IMG/VR virus record: IMGVR_UViG_3300011339_000897
Location: 1-38,146 of that record
Source: a virus
Taxonomy: Duplodnaviria; Caudoviricetes
DNA length: 38,146 nucleotides
Strand: one strand, 5' to 3'
The first letter of the stretch is position 1. Each line of letters opens with the position of its first letter. Below are positions 17,682-26,223 of the stretch, one piece after another. The position numbers and the translations under genes were made by a program. Under the pieces are notes generated by a model. That model did no database searches, had not been told where the DNA came from, and saw only the letters and a program-made list of their open reading frames with translations.

Positions 17682-18247
17682 GGAGAAACGGCAGGGACGG
17701 AATAACTGACACCGCCAACGGTGACGACGATCATTCCATCAATGACAACAGCTTCCCCGTCAATCGTAGCAGGTGTGCCACCGGTGGGGACAACATCGAA
17801 CGAGTAGGTGACGCCGTTAAAGGTGAAACTGGCCACCTCATTGACCACCGCAAACGAGACAGTCGTCGTCGGCACGAGCGACAGGCCGGATGGCTTGATC
17901 TCGATGTTGCCAGCACGCAGCGAGTATGGAAAGCCGTTGGCATCGAGCCCACCGATGGCCAGCCAGTAGTTGTTACTGTTGACCTGATCGCTGAGATCCT
18001 GATCCATCTGCGCGGCAGTAAAGATCCATGTAACCTGTGATCCTGCGACGTAGCCAGCAGATGATGCAAGTGGCTCCGCACCAGCCTCTCGGCTCTCATA
18101 CGGTCGTTTCCACAGTTCCATCGTGTAGGCCGACATCGCCGGACCCCCAGCAGGAATCGCAGCCGTGATGATCAATGGCGTAGTCGCGAAGACCGGAGCC
18201 AAGCCAAGGTCGTCGGTCGTCGGTGTGATTGAAATGGTACGAGTCAT
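17678..18247 (-). CDS. virion structural protein, possible fibre adaptor (189 aa)
   Basis: Beta-rich composition; coupled to the spike gene by ATGA. Confidence 0.6.
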   Translation of the reverse strand: MTRTISITPTTDDLGLAPVFATTPLIITAAIPAGGPAMSAYTMELWKRPYESREAGAEPLASSAGYVAGSQVTWIFTAAQMDQDLSDQVNSNNYWLAIGGLDANGFPYSLRAGNIEIKPSGLSLVPTTTVSFAVVNEVASFTFNGVTYSFDVVPTGGTPATIDGEAVVIDGMIVVTVGGVSYSVPAVSP

Positions 18248-18804
18248 TTTGTCGCTTGAAAATGCATGCTATCGCGCGCCCAAAACGCCCCCGCAGAGAG
18301 CCAGCCGCCGACAGCGAAGAATTCCATTACTTCGAGCGGCATCTGCGCCACCACAGGCCATTGCGTACGATTGCCGTTTACCTGCGGCCAGAAGTCAATC
18401 GCCGCGCCGCGTGCGTGAAGCGATGGCCGAGTACCGTGCCGCATCAGGCGATCATTGTAGCAGCCAGCATACTCAGCAGCGATGTGAGGAAAGCATTCGC
18501 ACAATGCTTCGAGGATGTGGCCCAGTGACCGAGCCACCTTTTTGTGGCAAGTGATGCTTTTGACCTTCTTGCCGTCGTATTTCAAACAGAGATCCGCAAC
18601 CGGCAATTGAACGAGCTGACTCGGATCTCCCGGCGAGCCATAGAACTTTTGCAGCGACACCTCATCCTGCGCCGGCCACTGGTTCGGTTGTGCGGCCATC
18701 TTCCGCAGGTGATCTTGGCATGCCTTGATCGAGACCGGTCCCCAGAAGCCATCTGGTGTGACACCGATCTTCTCCTGCATCAGTTGGATGTCGCGGCGGG
18801 TCAT
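18244..18804 (-). CDS. Endolysin: peptidoglycan-binding motif + M15-family (D-Ala-D-Ala carboxypeptidase-like) Zn peptidase (186 aa)
   Basis: GVTPDGFWGPVS; GCYNDR; SLHARGAAIDF (SxHxxGxAxD); RDSMHFQ. Confidence 0.88.
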   Translation of the reverse strand: MTRRDIQLMQEKIGVTPDGFWGPVSIKACQDHLRKMAAQPNQWPAQDEVSLQKFYGSPGDPSQLVQLPVADLCLKYDGKKVKSITCHKKVARSLGHILEALCECFPHIAAEYAGCYNDRLMRHGTRPSLHARGAAIDFWPQVNGNRTQWPVVAQMPLEVMEFFAVGGWLSAGAFWARDSMHFQATK

Positions 18805-18902
18805 GGAGCAAATGATTTAAGCATCCAGTAAAGCGACACCAGCCATGACGCGACCAGCGCCAAAGCCGTGAGTAGTTGGCCGACGTGCTTTAGCGTAGTC
18901 AT
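18801..18902 (-). CDS. small single-TM protein (33 aa)
   Basis: MTTLKHVGQLLTALALVASWLVSLYWMLKSFAP; coupled at both ends. Confidence 0.55.
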   Translation of the reverse strand: MTTLKHVGQLLTALALVASWLVSLYWMLKSFAP

Positions 18903-19210
18903 CAGATGCGCTTGGTTAATTTGGCCACTACCCACGCGAGTTGTACGACGACACTGGCAAAGTCGATACCCTGCTGCACCCATGGTGGGAGCTTGTACGT
19001 GTTCACAAAATGCGGCGAGGTCACCACGTCCCGCACGCGCATGGCTTTATCGAATCCGCTGATCGGGAGGTGACTGGCGTGCTCCACCTTGTCCACGATG
19101 ATCTGGAATTGATCCGTGGTTAGCCCCTGCACAAGGAGCTGCGCCGTCTGAGTGGCCTTGGCTACCGCGTCGCGATGCCAGAGAGTCTTGAACCATGCGA
19201 AGAATTTCAT
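18902..19210 (-). CDS. hypothetical lysis-region protein (102 aa)
   Basis: ATG ORF with TGATG coupling. Confidence 0.7.
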   Translation of the reverse strand: MKFFAWFKTLWHRDAVAKATQTAQLLVQGLTTDQFQIIVDKVEHASHLPISGFDKAMRVRDVVTSPHFVNTYKLPPWVQQGIDFASVVVQLAWVVAKLTKRI

Positions 19211-19214
19211 AGGG

Positions 19215-19379
19215 TCACCAAGGAATCGTTACGGACAAAAGCAAGCCCTCCATCATGCCAGACTTAAAGCCGTCCCTCCAATCCTCAGACTTGTCTGGGA
19301 ATAGCGAGTCGTCCGGCATCTTCTGGATGCTTACGCAAGAGGTGCCAAGCAGAGCGATGAGCAGGAGAAATGGTTTCAT
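19215..19379 (-). CDS. small lipoprotein (54 aa, not in ORF track), o-spanin-like candidate
   Basis: MKPFLLLIALLGTSC-VSIQKMPDD...; signal peptide ending in a lipobox Cys; ATGA overlap. Confidence 0.65.
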   Translation of the reverse strand: MKPFLLLIALLGTSCVSIQKMPDDSLFPDKSEDWRDGFKSGMMEGLLLSVTIPW

Positions 19380-19726
19380 CGCACGTTAGAATCTTGGCTG
19401 GATTTGTTGGCATCGCGTGCAGCGATCAGGCCAGCACCTGCGATGATTTCGCCAAAAGCAAGCTGCAAACTGTCGAGCGTAAGCGATGCACCTTCCGTTA
19501 CATGCAACAGCGATTCGACGATGGCGCTACACCCATGCAGAATAAGAGCGATCCCCGCCAGCGTCGTCTTCCAGTTCAACAGAAACGGAAGCAGTTTTTT
19601 AGATGCGTAGCTCATGGCGCTGCGTTTAACGATGTTCGGCCTCTTGCGCTTGACCGCGACAGGCGCCTGTGTCCAAAATGGTTTGGCCACATTCTTGTGC
19701 GCAGGAGGTTGTCCGGGGGCTGGCAT
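19376..19726 (-). CDS. Putative holin
   Basis: NWKTTLAGIALIL...IIAGAGLIAARD with two hydrophobic segments; alternative start at 19615. Confidence 0.65.
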   Translation of the reverse strand: MPAPGQPPAHKNVAKPFWTQAPVAVKRKRPNIVKRSAMSYASKKLLPFLLNWKTTLAGIALILHGCSAIVESLLHVTEGASLTLDSLQLAFGEIIAGAGLIAARDANKSSQDSNVR

Positions 19727-20013
19727 TACGGATTGAGCTTCCTGTCAATTTTGTCGAGCTTCTCCACTATCGACCGCAGCAGTTGCGTGTCTGCCGAATC
19801 CTTCAACTCCAGTGAGCGGATGGCGGCTTGATCAATCGCACGCGATGCCTTTACCTCGTTTAGGTGCCGCTCTTGCGAATTAATGCTGATCTGGATCGTA
19901 GTGACCCAGCCGCCCAAACAAAACGCGCCGACAAGCAGCCCCTGCCCAACCTTCACTACGACGTTTAATTGTCGCAGCCTTTCTTCCAGCTCTTCGAGTT
20001 GTGTGGGATTCAT
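19726..20013 (-). CDS. TM + coiled-coil lysis-region protein (95 aa)
   Basis: GLLVGAFCLGGWV hydrophobic segment, then heptads ending LDKIDRKL; start set at ATG 20013. Confidence 0.65.
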   Translation of the reverse strand: MNPTQLEELEERLRQLNVVVKVGQGLLVGAFCLGGWVTTIQISINSQERHLNEVKASRAIDQAAIRSLELKDSADTQLLRSIVEKLDKIDRKLNP

Positions 20014-20042
20014 GAGGTGTTCTGGGCGTCCACCTCCTTGTT

Positions 20043-20107
20043 CTTGGCCAGCAGGACTTGAACCTGCTCCGCAATAGCGAAGGATTGCGTGGGCCGCCCC
20101 GGCCAAG
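20043..20107 (-). ncRNA. tRNA-like structure lacking a normal D arm
   Basis: CTTGGCCG/TGGCCAAG acceptor-like stem, GCAGG-TTCAAGT-CCTGC T arm, CGCAAT/ATTGCG stem with 8-nt loop; intergenic. Confidence 0.5.
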
Positions 20108-20110
20108 GTG

Positions 20111-20593
20111 TTAGACTAGCAATGTCGGAGATCCGTAAGCGACGACGCTGACCGTGTAACCGACGCCGGGAGGTGTGATGGTCAAGACTTCCGCTGCGGT
20201 TGAATTGGCCGCATTTGGGTTGTAAATGTTGAACACGCCACCGACTCCGACATTAATTGATGTAAACGTGACTTTGCCAAAACCTGTGCAGGCCACCGCA
20301 ACTGACCCATTCGCTGGCCCAGCCACGGAAATCATGTACCCCAGCACGCGCGCCGGGACGATGGTCGCGCGTGTGATCGGATCAAGCTGAACAACACTGT
20401 TGACCGTAATGTTTGCGGCACTGCCGCCAATCGTGATCGTATTAGCCGAGGCAGCGGTGAACTCAGCCGCAACGCTCCATTGATTGGCAAGCGAGACGTT
20501 AATCGGCGGAACCGAATGCGCAATCGGCGCACGGGTCGCGCTGCCAGCAAACGAGTTCTGGAGGACGGTGGAAAGTTTAAATGTAGAAGGCAT
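20111..20593 (-). CDS. virion structural protein (160 aa), paralog of 20598-21356
   Basis: MPSTFKLSTVLQNSFAGS vs MPNTFALTLKAQNSYPAS; ASANT motif; similar C-termini. Confidence 0.75.
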   Translation of the reverse strand: MPSTFKLSTVLQNSFAGSATRAPIAHSVPPINVSLANQWSVAAEFTAASANTITIGGSAANITVNSVVQLDPITRATIVPARVLGYMISVAGPANGSVAVACTGFGKVTFTSINVGVGGVFNIYNPNAANSTAAEVLTITPPGVGYTVSVVAYGSPTLLV

Positions 20594-20597
20594 GATG

Positions 20598-21356
20598 TTA
20601 AGAGCCGAGGGTCAAGATGTTGACGTTCAATCCGGTTGTGCCATTGAGATAAACGGTCAAGACATTAGCGTTTACAATCTTGATTGGAACTGGGCTGCTG
20701 TAAACAAATGCTCCGTTCTCGCGGATCGGCAAGGGAACGGTTGCGTGTGTGTCCACTCCACCGTATCCAGCACTTTTAATTTGTGCGCAAACCACACCAG
20801 TCACCGTCCATGCAGTGTACGAAGCGCTACCCACAAACCGATCCACCACTACCGTTAAAACCGTGGTGGCATAGGTGGCCGTCCCTTCCATGTACTCGGT
20901 CGTGCTGCCTGTCGGAACAACGCGCACTCTCATTCCGTCCACAATACCAGTCAATCCTGAGGCGACAGTAAATGTTTTTGTCCCGGCCCCGATTGCCGAA
21001 GAAGTCGTTGTCGCCGCGATGGGTGCGACAATGGTAGAAGCAGGAGCAACCTGAGGATCGCGCCGAGTAACCGTTACATACAAACCGCGAAAGTTGGTAA
21101 AGACCAAAGTCGAATTTGTGATGGGATTGGTTAGAGCGACTGCACTACCACCAGCCAGCACTGAGTTGATTGTTGTGCCTGAAGGGGTCAGCGTGTTGGC
21201 GGATGCCGTGCTATTGCCAAACACTTCAAACACGCCCGAGATCAAATCGTTTTCTGACAGAGACAAATCAGGAATCTGCTGCGTCGCTGCCTGCACCACT
21301 GTCGATGCTGGATAGGAGTTTTGCGCCTTAAGAGTGAGTGCGAACGTGTTCGGCAT
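20598..21356 (-). CDS. virion structural protein (252 aa) with inserted beta module
   Basis: T/A/V/G-rich; carries the TSSAIGAGTKTFTV..YMEGTATY..ASYTAW module. Confidence 0.75.
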   Translation of the reverse strand: MPNTFALTLKAQNSYPASTVVQAATQQIPDLSLSENDLISGVFEVFGNSTASANTLTPSGTTINSVLAGGSAVALTNPITNSTLVFTNFRGLYVTVTRRDPQVAPASTIVAPIAATTTSSAIGAGTKTFTVASGLTGIVDGMRVRVVPTGSTTEYMEGTATYATTVLTVVVDRFVGSASYTAWTVTGVVCAQIKSAGYGGVDTHATVPLPIRENGAFVYSSPVPIKIVNANVLTVYLNGTTGLNVNILTLGS

Positions 21357-21381
21357 GAAATCACAAAGGATGTCAATCTTA
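21357..21381 (-). promoter_or_regulatory. Late-gene motif TAAGATTGACA-N14-ATG
   Basis: TTGACA at 21376-21371; ATG 21356. Confidence 0.65.
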
Positions 21382-22254
21382 TATAAAGGTCACGCTTGGC
21401 AGGCTTAGGAAGACCGATCCGACTTGATGGTGCGTGATGGTTATGCCGGATCGCGTCAGCAGCCGAAGGTTTGCGGTTGTTGCACTGGATGCCGGCTTAC
21501 TAGCAGATACCACAAACGACGCACCCGATACCGTCCACCGCCGGATCTGCGCCGCCGCCTTCGTGTAGTTCTGGAACGAGACCGACAAGCCGTACTCTCC
21601 AGCCTCACCGTACCCACCGCTTCCGCCGTTGCCGCCTTCTTCGTCTCCGGTGCTTGGTGCATTAGTCCCCGGTCCTCCGCCGGCACCTCCAGCACCCGGT
21701 GACCCCGCCGCACCATTTGATCCGGTTGTTCCATTTATTCCATCTCCGCCCGTGGTCAAACCACCTGCGCCACCACCGCCGCCACCACCACCGCCACCAC
21801 CCGTGCCTCCGACTACCGTGAGTGTCTGCTGATCCGCAGCCGAGAGCGCACCCACCACCGGGTTTGTTGTCGGCGTGATTGTGATCTGAAGCCAGATTGA
21901 GAAACCGTCTGCCACCGCTAGAGTTGCGCCGGCTACCGTTGCCACCGATTCAGTCCAGCCGCCGCTACTCGGATCGTTTGGCGTGTATGTGCTCCACGAT
22001 GTGCCGAGCACCTTGCCGCCGCGAATCGTCACGTCCCCGCCAGAGAGAGTGCCAGTAAAATCAATCACACTGGCGGTCGTCGTCGCCTTGCCTGCTCGTG
22101 ACGTAATGATGATGCCGTCGTTTGTCTCTTGCAGAGTGATGCCTTCACCTTGAATCGGTACCTGCTCATAAAGCGCCTTGCGAAACAAGTTTAACGTCTT
22201 TCCCTTGAGAAAGTAGTGCAGATTGCCGAAGAAGTTTGGAAAATCAGGGAACAA
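21379..22254 (-). CDS. Polyglycine-rich tail-tip protein, paralog 3 (291 aa)
   Basis: MFPDFP start, central poly-Gly, TK...QIRRW; TTG start. Confidence 0.75.
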   Translation of the reverse strand: MFPDFPNFFGNLHYFLKGKTLNLFRKALYEQVPIQGEGITLQETNDGIIITSRAGKATTTASVIDFTGTLSGGDVTIRGGKVLGTSWSTYTPNDPSSGGWTESVATVAGATLAVADGFSIWLQITITPTTNPVVGALSAADQQTLTVVGGTGGGGGGGGGGGAGGLTTGGDGINGTTGSNGAAGSPGAGGAGGGPGTNAPSTGDEEGGNGGSGGYGEAGEYGLSVSFQNYTKAAAQIRRWTVSGASFVVSASKPASSATTANLRLLTRSGITITHHQVGSVFLSLPSVTFI

Positions 22255-23140
22255 GAGAATTTATGTAGGTTGTTGCTGGCAGCGTGATATGGTACGAGCC
22301 AGCATGGTATTGGGTCACCACGCCGCCTGTTTGTGACGCGATCCGGACGTAAATGTTGGTCGCTGGTGATGCGGTTGGCTTGGTGGTGTGTACTTCAAGG
22401 CTTGCCGATGTGATCTGCCACCGCCGGAAAACCATCAAAAGTTTTGTGTACTGCGTAAAGGATTTTGTTTCACCGTTACCACCTGCCGCACCATTACCGC
22501 CATTACCCCCTTCGCCCGGCGTGCCCGAGTTCTCGCCATCCGCAGTTCCGCCAAGCGCGTTAGTCGTCCCCACGCCACCCGGAGTTTGTCCAGACGCCGA
22601 AGCGCCAACGTCGCCTGCGTAGCCAGTTGTACCGTCTCCACCCGCACCACCGCCGCCGCCGCCGCCGCCTGCTCCACCGCCACCGGTTGTGACTGTGATC
22701 GTGCTGGCCCCAGTTGCCGATAGCGTGCCGTTCATGTCCACGTCGGTCTGTGAGCATTGAATGCGTAGCCACACGCTTTGACCGTCTGTCACCGTGAGAG
22801 TGGACGGCCCGACAGTGAACTGCTCCGCCAGCCAGTCTGTCGGCAGTGGATCGCTCATGCTGGGTGTCCCCCATGTTGTGCCAATCACTCGCCCTGCCGT
22901 GATGTCGAGCGAGTTGGTAGCCGGGAGTGATGCTTTAAAGTCATGATTGATGCTGATCGTCGGCGAGGTTTGGATCGCCTGATCTGCATGGAGCAGGATG
23001 CCAGCGTTCGTCTCTTCCATCCGCAGGTTGTCGCCAGCGATTGGAGTTTGCAGCCTGATCCTATTTACAATCCGCTCCAGCATCTTGCCAGTCAGGATGT
23101 GTACGTCGCCAAGGTTAAAGTTTGGAATGTCCGGCAGCAT
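22244..23140 (-). CDS. Polyglycine-rich tail-tip protein, paralog 2 (298 aa)
   Basis: MLPDIP start, central poly-Gly, TK...VFRRW. Confidence 0.75.
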   Translation of the reverse strand: MLPDIPNFNLGDVHILTGKMLERIVNRIRLQTPIAGDNLRMEETNAGILLHADQAIQTSPTISINHDFKASLPATNSLDITAGRVIGTTWGTPSMSDPLPTDWLAEQFTVGPSTLTVTDGQSVWLRIQCSQTDVDMNGTLSATGASTITVTTGGGGAGGGGGGGGAGGDGTTGYAGDVGASASGQTPGGVGTTNALGGTADGENSGTPGEGGNGGNGAAGGNGETKSFTQYTKLLMVFRRWQITSASLEVHTTKPTASPATNIYVRIASQTGGVVTQYHAGSYHITLPATTYINSLVP

Positions 23141-24015
23141 CAGGCGATGATAAAAGTGATGGCCGGAGGCGTGATTGAGATCATACCGACGACGTGCTGC
23201 GTGATGCTGGTGCCGCTAATGGATGCCAACTGAATCCACGATGATGCCTCGCTTGCTGTCCCTTTTGCCGTGTGAAGAGAGATGCCATTGATACTCCACT
23301 TGCGAATCTGTGCTGTGCCCTTTGTCCTGCGTGTAAAGGTGACACTGCCACCCGCACCCCCTGCCCCACCGTAGCCGCCAGCGCCCCCGCTCGCTCCGTA
23401 GCTATTGCCGACTGTCACCGGTGTCGGCGGATCGGTGCTGTAGTCGAGAACAATGCCACCAGCACCGCCAAGCCCGGTGTCGTCGCCGTTAGCTCCAGCA
23501 TCTCCTGCGGTCGCCTGAATGTCTGGCTGTACGCCGGCAGCCGCACCACCGCCGCCGCCGCCGCCGCCTCGTCCACCCTTCGCGCCTGAAATGTCGTAAG
23601 TGGTTGTGCCGAGCGGACCGATCGTAATCGTATCGCTCTCCGACCATAAAACCTGAAGCCAGACTTGCGAGACGGTGCCGCTAAGTGACCCGCCGATGTA
23701 ATTAACCTCTCGCTGCCAGTCGCCCGGTGTTGGATTGTCGCCAAGGATTGCGCCCCAGAGTGGGTACACGATCTTGCCTGCCGCTACCACCACCGATGTC
23801 CCATCTAGCGACACGGCGAAGCCTAGAGCAAAAGGAGCCACCACGCCGCCTGACCCCACGCGGTCGATAATCTGTCCGTCTTTGGTTTCGGTGATAATGA
23901 CTGTTTCTGAGCTGCGCAGCCTCTGTAAACGGATGCGATCCACCAGACGGTTGAGCAGCCACCCGGACCGCGCACCATTCACCTTTGGGTCGATAACTGG
24001 AAGATCTGGCAGCAT
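23140..24015 (-). CDS. Polyglycine-rich tail-tip protein, paralog 1 (291 aa)
   Basis: MLPDLP start, central poly-Gly, TK...QIRKW. Confidence 0.75.
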   Translation of the reverse strand: MLPDLPVIDPKVNGARSGWLLNRLVDRIRLQRLRSSETVIITETKDGQIIDRVGSGGVVAPFALGFAVSLDGTSVVVAAGKIVYPLWGAILGDNPTPGDWQREVNYIGGSLSGTVSQVWLQVLWSESDTITIGPLGTTTYDISGAKGGRGGGGGGGGAAAGVQPDIQATAGDAGANGDDTGLGGAGGIVLDYSTDPPTPVTVGNSYGASGGAGGYGGAGGAGGSVTFTRRTKGTAQIRKWSINGISLHTAKGTASEASSWIQLASISGTSITQHVVGMISITPPAITFIIA

Positions 24016-24016
24016 A

Positions 24017-24694
24017 TCAGCCGGGCATGTAATCGTAGATGTAAACCATGCTCTGCTTCACAAGGTAAATGGTGGCAGCCGCGCCATTGATGGTTTCAAT
24101 TTCAAGCCCGTCTTGAATCCAACCGTTTGGGTAGTTGTAGATTGGAGTTGTCGGCAGCGTGGTGAATGGATTAGTTGGCGCATCAGGGAGAGCAGAAGGC
24201 GGAGTGCCTAATGGTACGGCGTCTTCTGGTCTTGTTGAAGTCGTTGGAAAAGCGGTAGTGACTTGATGGAACGTGCAGGAAAGGTTAATGTACTGACCTT
24301 GAATCTCTCCAACAATGGGGGGAGAACTTCCCGGCACTGTACCGACTCCGGTCTTGTAGGACTGGATCTTGCTAGAAACGGTACGCTTGACCGGCTGCGA
24401 CGCATTAAGCAGCCCCGCAGCCTGCACATCAAACGAATAGATGTTGGACCCGTCCTGATTGATGCTGACTCCATTCATAAACATATTCGCGTAAGTTGCG
24501 CCAAGTAATCCAGTCAAAGAAATACCAACGTCAAAGTTCATCTTCGCATACGCAATCGGCGTGTCCGTCCGCGCGTAGTACTTGATCGTCATCGTGTCGA
24601 ATCCGCTTTCAGACACGGAAAAACGAATGCCGTTCTCCGCAAGGATTGGCGTTGTGCCGGATGGCCAAAATGTTTCAGTGGATGAAATCGGCAT
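24017..24694 (-). CDS. Tail tip (distal tail/hub-like) protein (225 aa)
   Basis: Immediately after the tape measure gene; beta-rich. Call is positional. Confidence 0.55.
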   Translation of the reverse strand: MPISSTETFWPSGTTPILAENGIRFSVSESGFDTMTIKYYARTDTPIAYAKMNFDVGISLTGLLGATYANMFMNGVSINQDGSNIYSFDVQAAGLLNASQPVKRTVSSKIQSYKTGVGTVPGSSPPIVGEIQGQYINLSCTFHQVTTAFPTTSTRPEDAVPLGTPPSALPDAPTNPFTTLPTTPIYNYPNGWIQDGLEIETINGAAATIYLVKQSMVYIYDYMPG

Positions 24695-24696
24695 AA

Positions 24697-26223
24697 TTAA
24701 GCAGTCGCGAGACGGGTTAAGACATTAAAAATACTCTGAAGCGTTTCATTAGCTTTTTTCTGATCTTCATTGCCGACTTTCTCTTTCGCCATGTCTCGTC
24801 GTAATCTTTCCTTGTTCATAAACGGATCAATGTTTCCTTCCTTCTGCATTCGCTTCCATTCATCATTGACCTCTTTTTCAAAGCCTCTTCTAGCCACAAG
24901 TTTTTCTGCCCGTTTGCGGTCGTTTTCTTCACGCATCTGCGCTCTACGTTCTCTCGGCCCCAGCATCTGCTTATTTACGTCTTTCTCAAACTGCGCTTTT
25001 TTCTTTTCAAGAATGGATTTCTCTAGTCCGTCTTTCTGTTTTAGAAGCCCTAAACCTCTTTCAACCGCCGTAGCGTCGGCTTCGGTCAAAGCTGTTCCAT
25101 TTTCTCTTGCTTTGTTTAGCTTTAAAATAAGATCGCTCATATGGTAAATGGATGCGATCTCCTTGTTTACCATGTCGAGCTTGGTTTGATCGTCCTCAAT
25201 ATTTTGAGTACTGAGAGACATTACCTTCATTCTTTGATTTAAAGTCTTAACGTATTCAGCTTCACGCTTTATCTTATCAGCAATAGACTTCTTCTCGTCG
25301 GCTTCTTTTTTTTCGGCTTCCGTTTTTGTTTGTGATTGCGCTGCCGTTAATTTCTCCTGCATTTTTACGGAAAATGCCAGAGCATCCCGATAGGAGTTTA
25401 ATTGATCCTCATTGATCAAAAACGTCTCATAAACAGAAATTAAAGCTTTGCGAAAGTCATTGGCTTTGGTAATACCTTCGTTTACGCCACCCAAAAAAGA
25501 CGAAAGAAATCCGCTTTCGTCTGCTGTAATGGACGCCATCGTCATCTTTATCTTTTTCAGCTCTTCATCCAGTCCGGCAGCCACTGGTTGAGCATTGGCC
25601 ATCCCGTTAAGAATTTTATCTGTGAATTCCTTCGCAGAAATGCCCATTTTTTGCAGCTCTTCCGTGTTGGAAGTACCAAAGGCCTGTTTCATCAAATTAC
25701 GAACGGTTGGAAGCCGTTCCGCAATCTGATTGATTTCCTCCGCAAACACTTTGCCTTTTGAGCTAATCTGAGAAAACGCCATAATGACGCCTTTCATTTC
25801 TTCGCCGCCGCCGCCAAACGCTGCGACATTTTTCCCAAGCGTTTGAATGTGCCCGGTGGCTTCTTCCGCAGTATAGCCCATTGTCTGAAGGCGAATCTGC
25901 GCATCAACTGTGGATGCCAGATCCATTCCCGGCTGCAAAGCGACCTTTTGCAGCTCCTTAAATTTCTTGTTGGCTGATTCAATCCCACCCGTCACCAAAG
26001 CCAACTGCCTTTTGTATTTCTCAAAACTTACAGTGCTCTCTATAATTTTTCCACTTAAAGACCCAATGGCTGCACCAACAGCTCCAAACGCCGCCACATT
26101 GCGCAGCGTGTTGAACTGATTCGACATCTGCGACACAGCCGCGTTGGATGCGAGAATGGCTTGATTCAAACCCGCTTGAAAGCCGGTAGAGTTTAACCTA
26201 AGTAGTGCATCAAGAGAGACCAT
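24697..26223 (-). CDS. Tail tape measure protein (508 aa)
   Basis: AFSQISSKGKVFAEEINQIAER tape-measure N-terminal domain signature; helical; follows the chaperone pair. Confidence 0.88.
   Translation of the reverse strand: MVSLDALLRLNSTGFQAGLNQAILASNAAVSQMSNQFNTLRNVAAFGAVGAAIGSLSGKIIESTVSFEKYKRQLALVTGGIESANKKFKELQKVALQPGMDLASTVDAQIRLQTMGYTAEEATGHIQTLGKNVAAFGGGGEEMKGVIMAFSQISSKGKVFAEEINQIAERLPTVRNLMKQAFGTSNTEELQKMGISAKEFTDKILNGMANAQPVAAGLDEELKKIKMTMASITADESGFLSSFLGGVNEGITKANDFRKALISVYETFLINEDQLNSYRDALAFSVKMQEKLTAAQSQTKTEAEKKEADEKKSIADKIKREAEYVKTLNQRMKVMSLSTQNIEDDQTKLDMVNKEIASIYHMSDLILKLNKARENGTALTEADATAVERGLGLLKQKDGLEKSILEKKKAQFEKDVNKQMLGPRERRAQMREENDRKRAEKLVARRGFEKEVNDEWKRMQKEGNIDPFMNKERLRRDMAKEKVGNEDQKKANETLQSIFNVLTRLATA

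Noticed and set aside
20043-20070. attP derived from a tRNA 3' end
   Set aside because: No integrase is seen, and the element has its own matching 5' acceptor strand.
21379-24015. DGR template/variable repeats, invertible cassette or phase-variable microsatellite in the Gly-rich trio
   Set aside because: No reverse transcriptase or invertase is present. Similarity is at the protein level, and the GGC/GGT runs are in-frame Gly codons.
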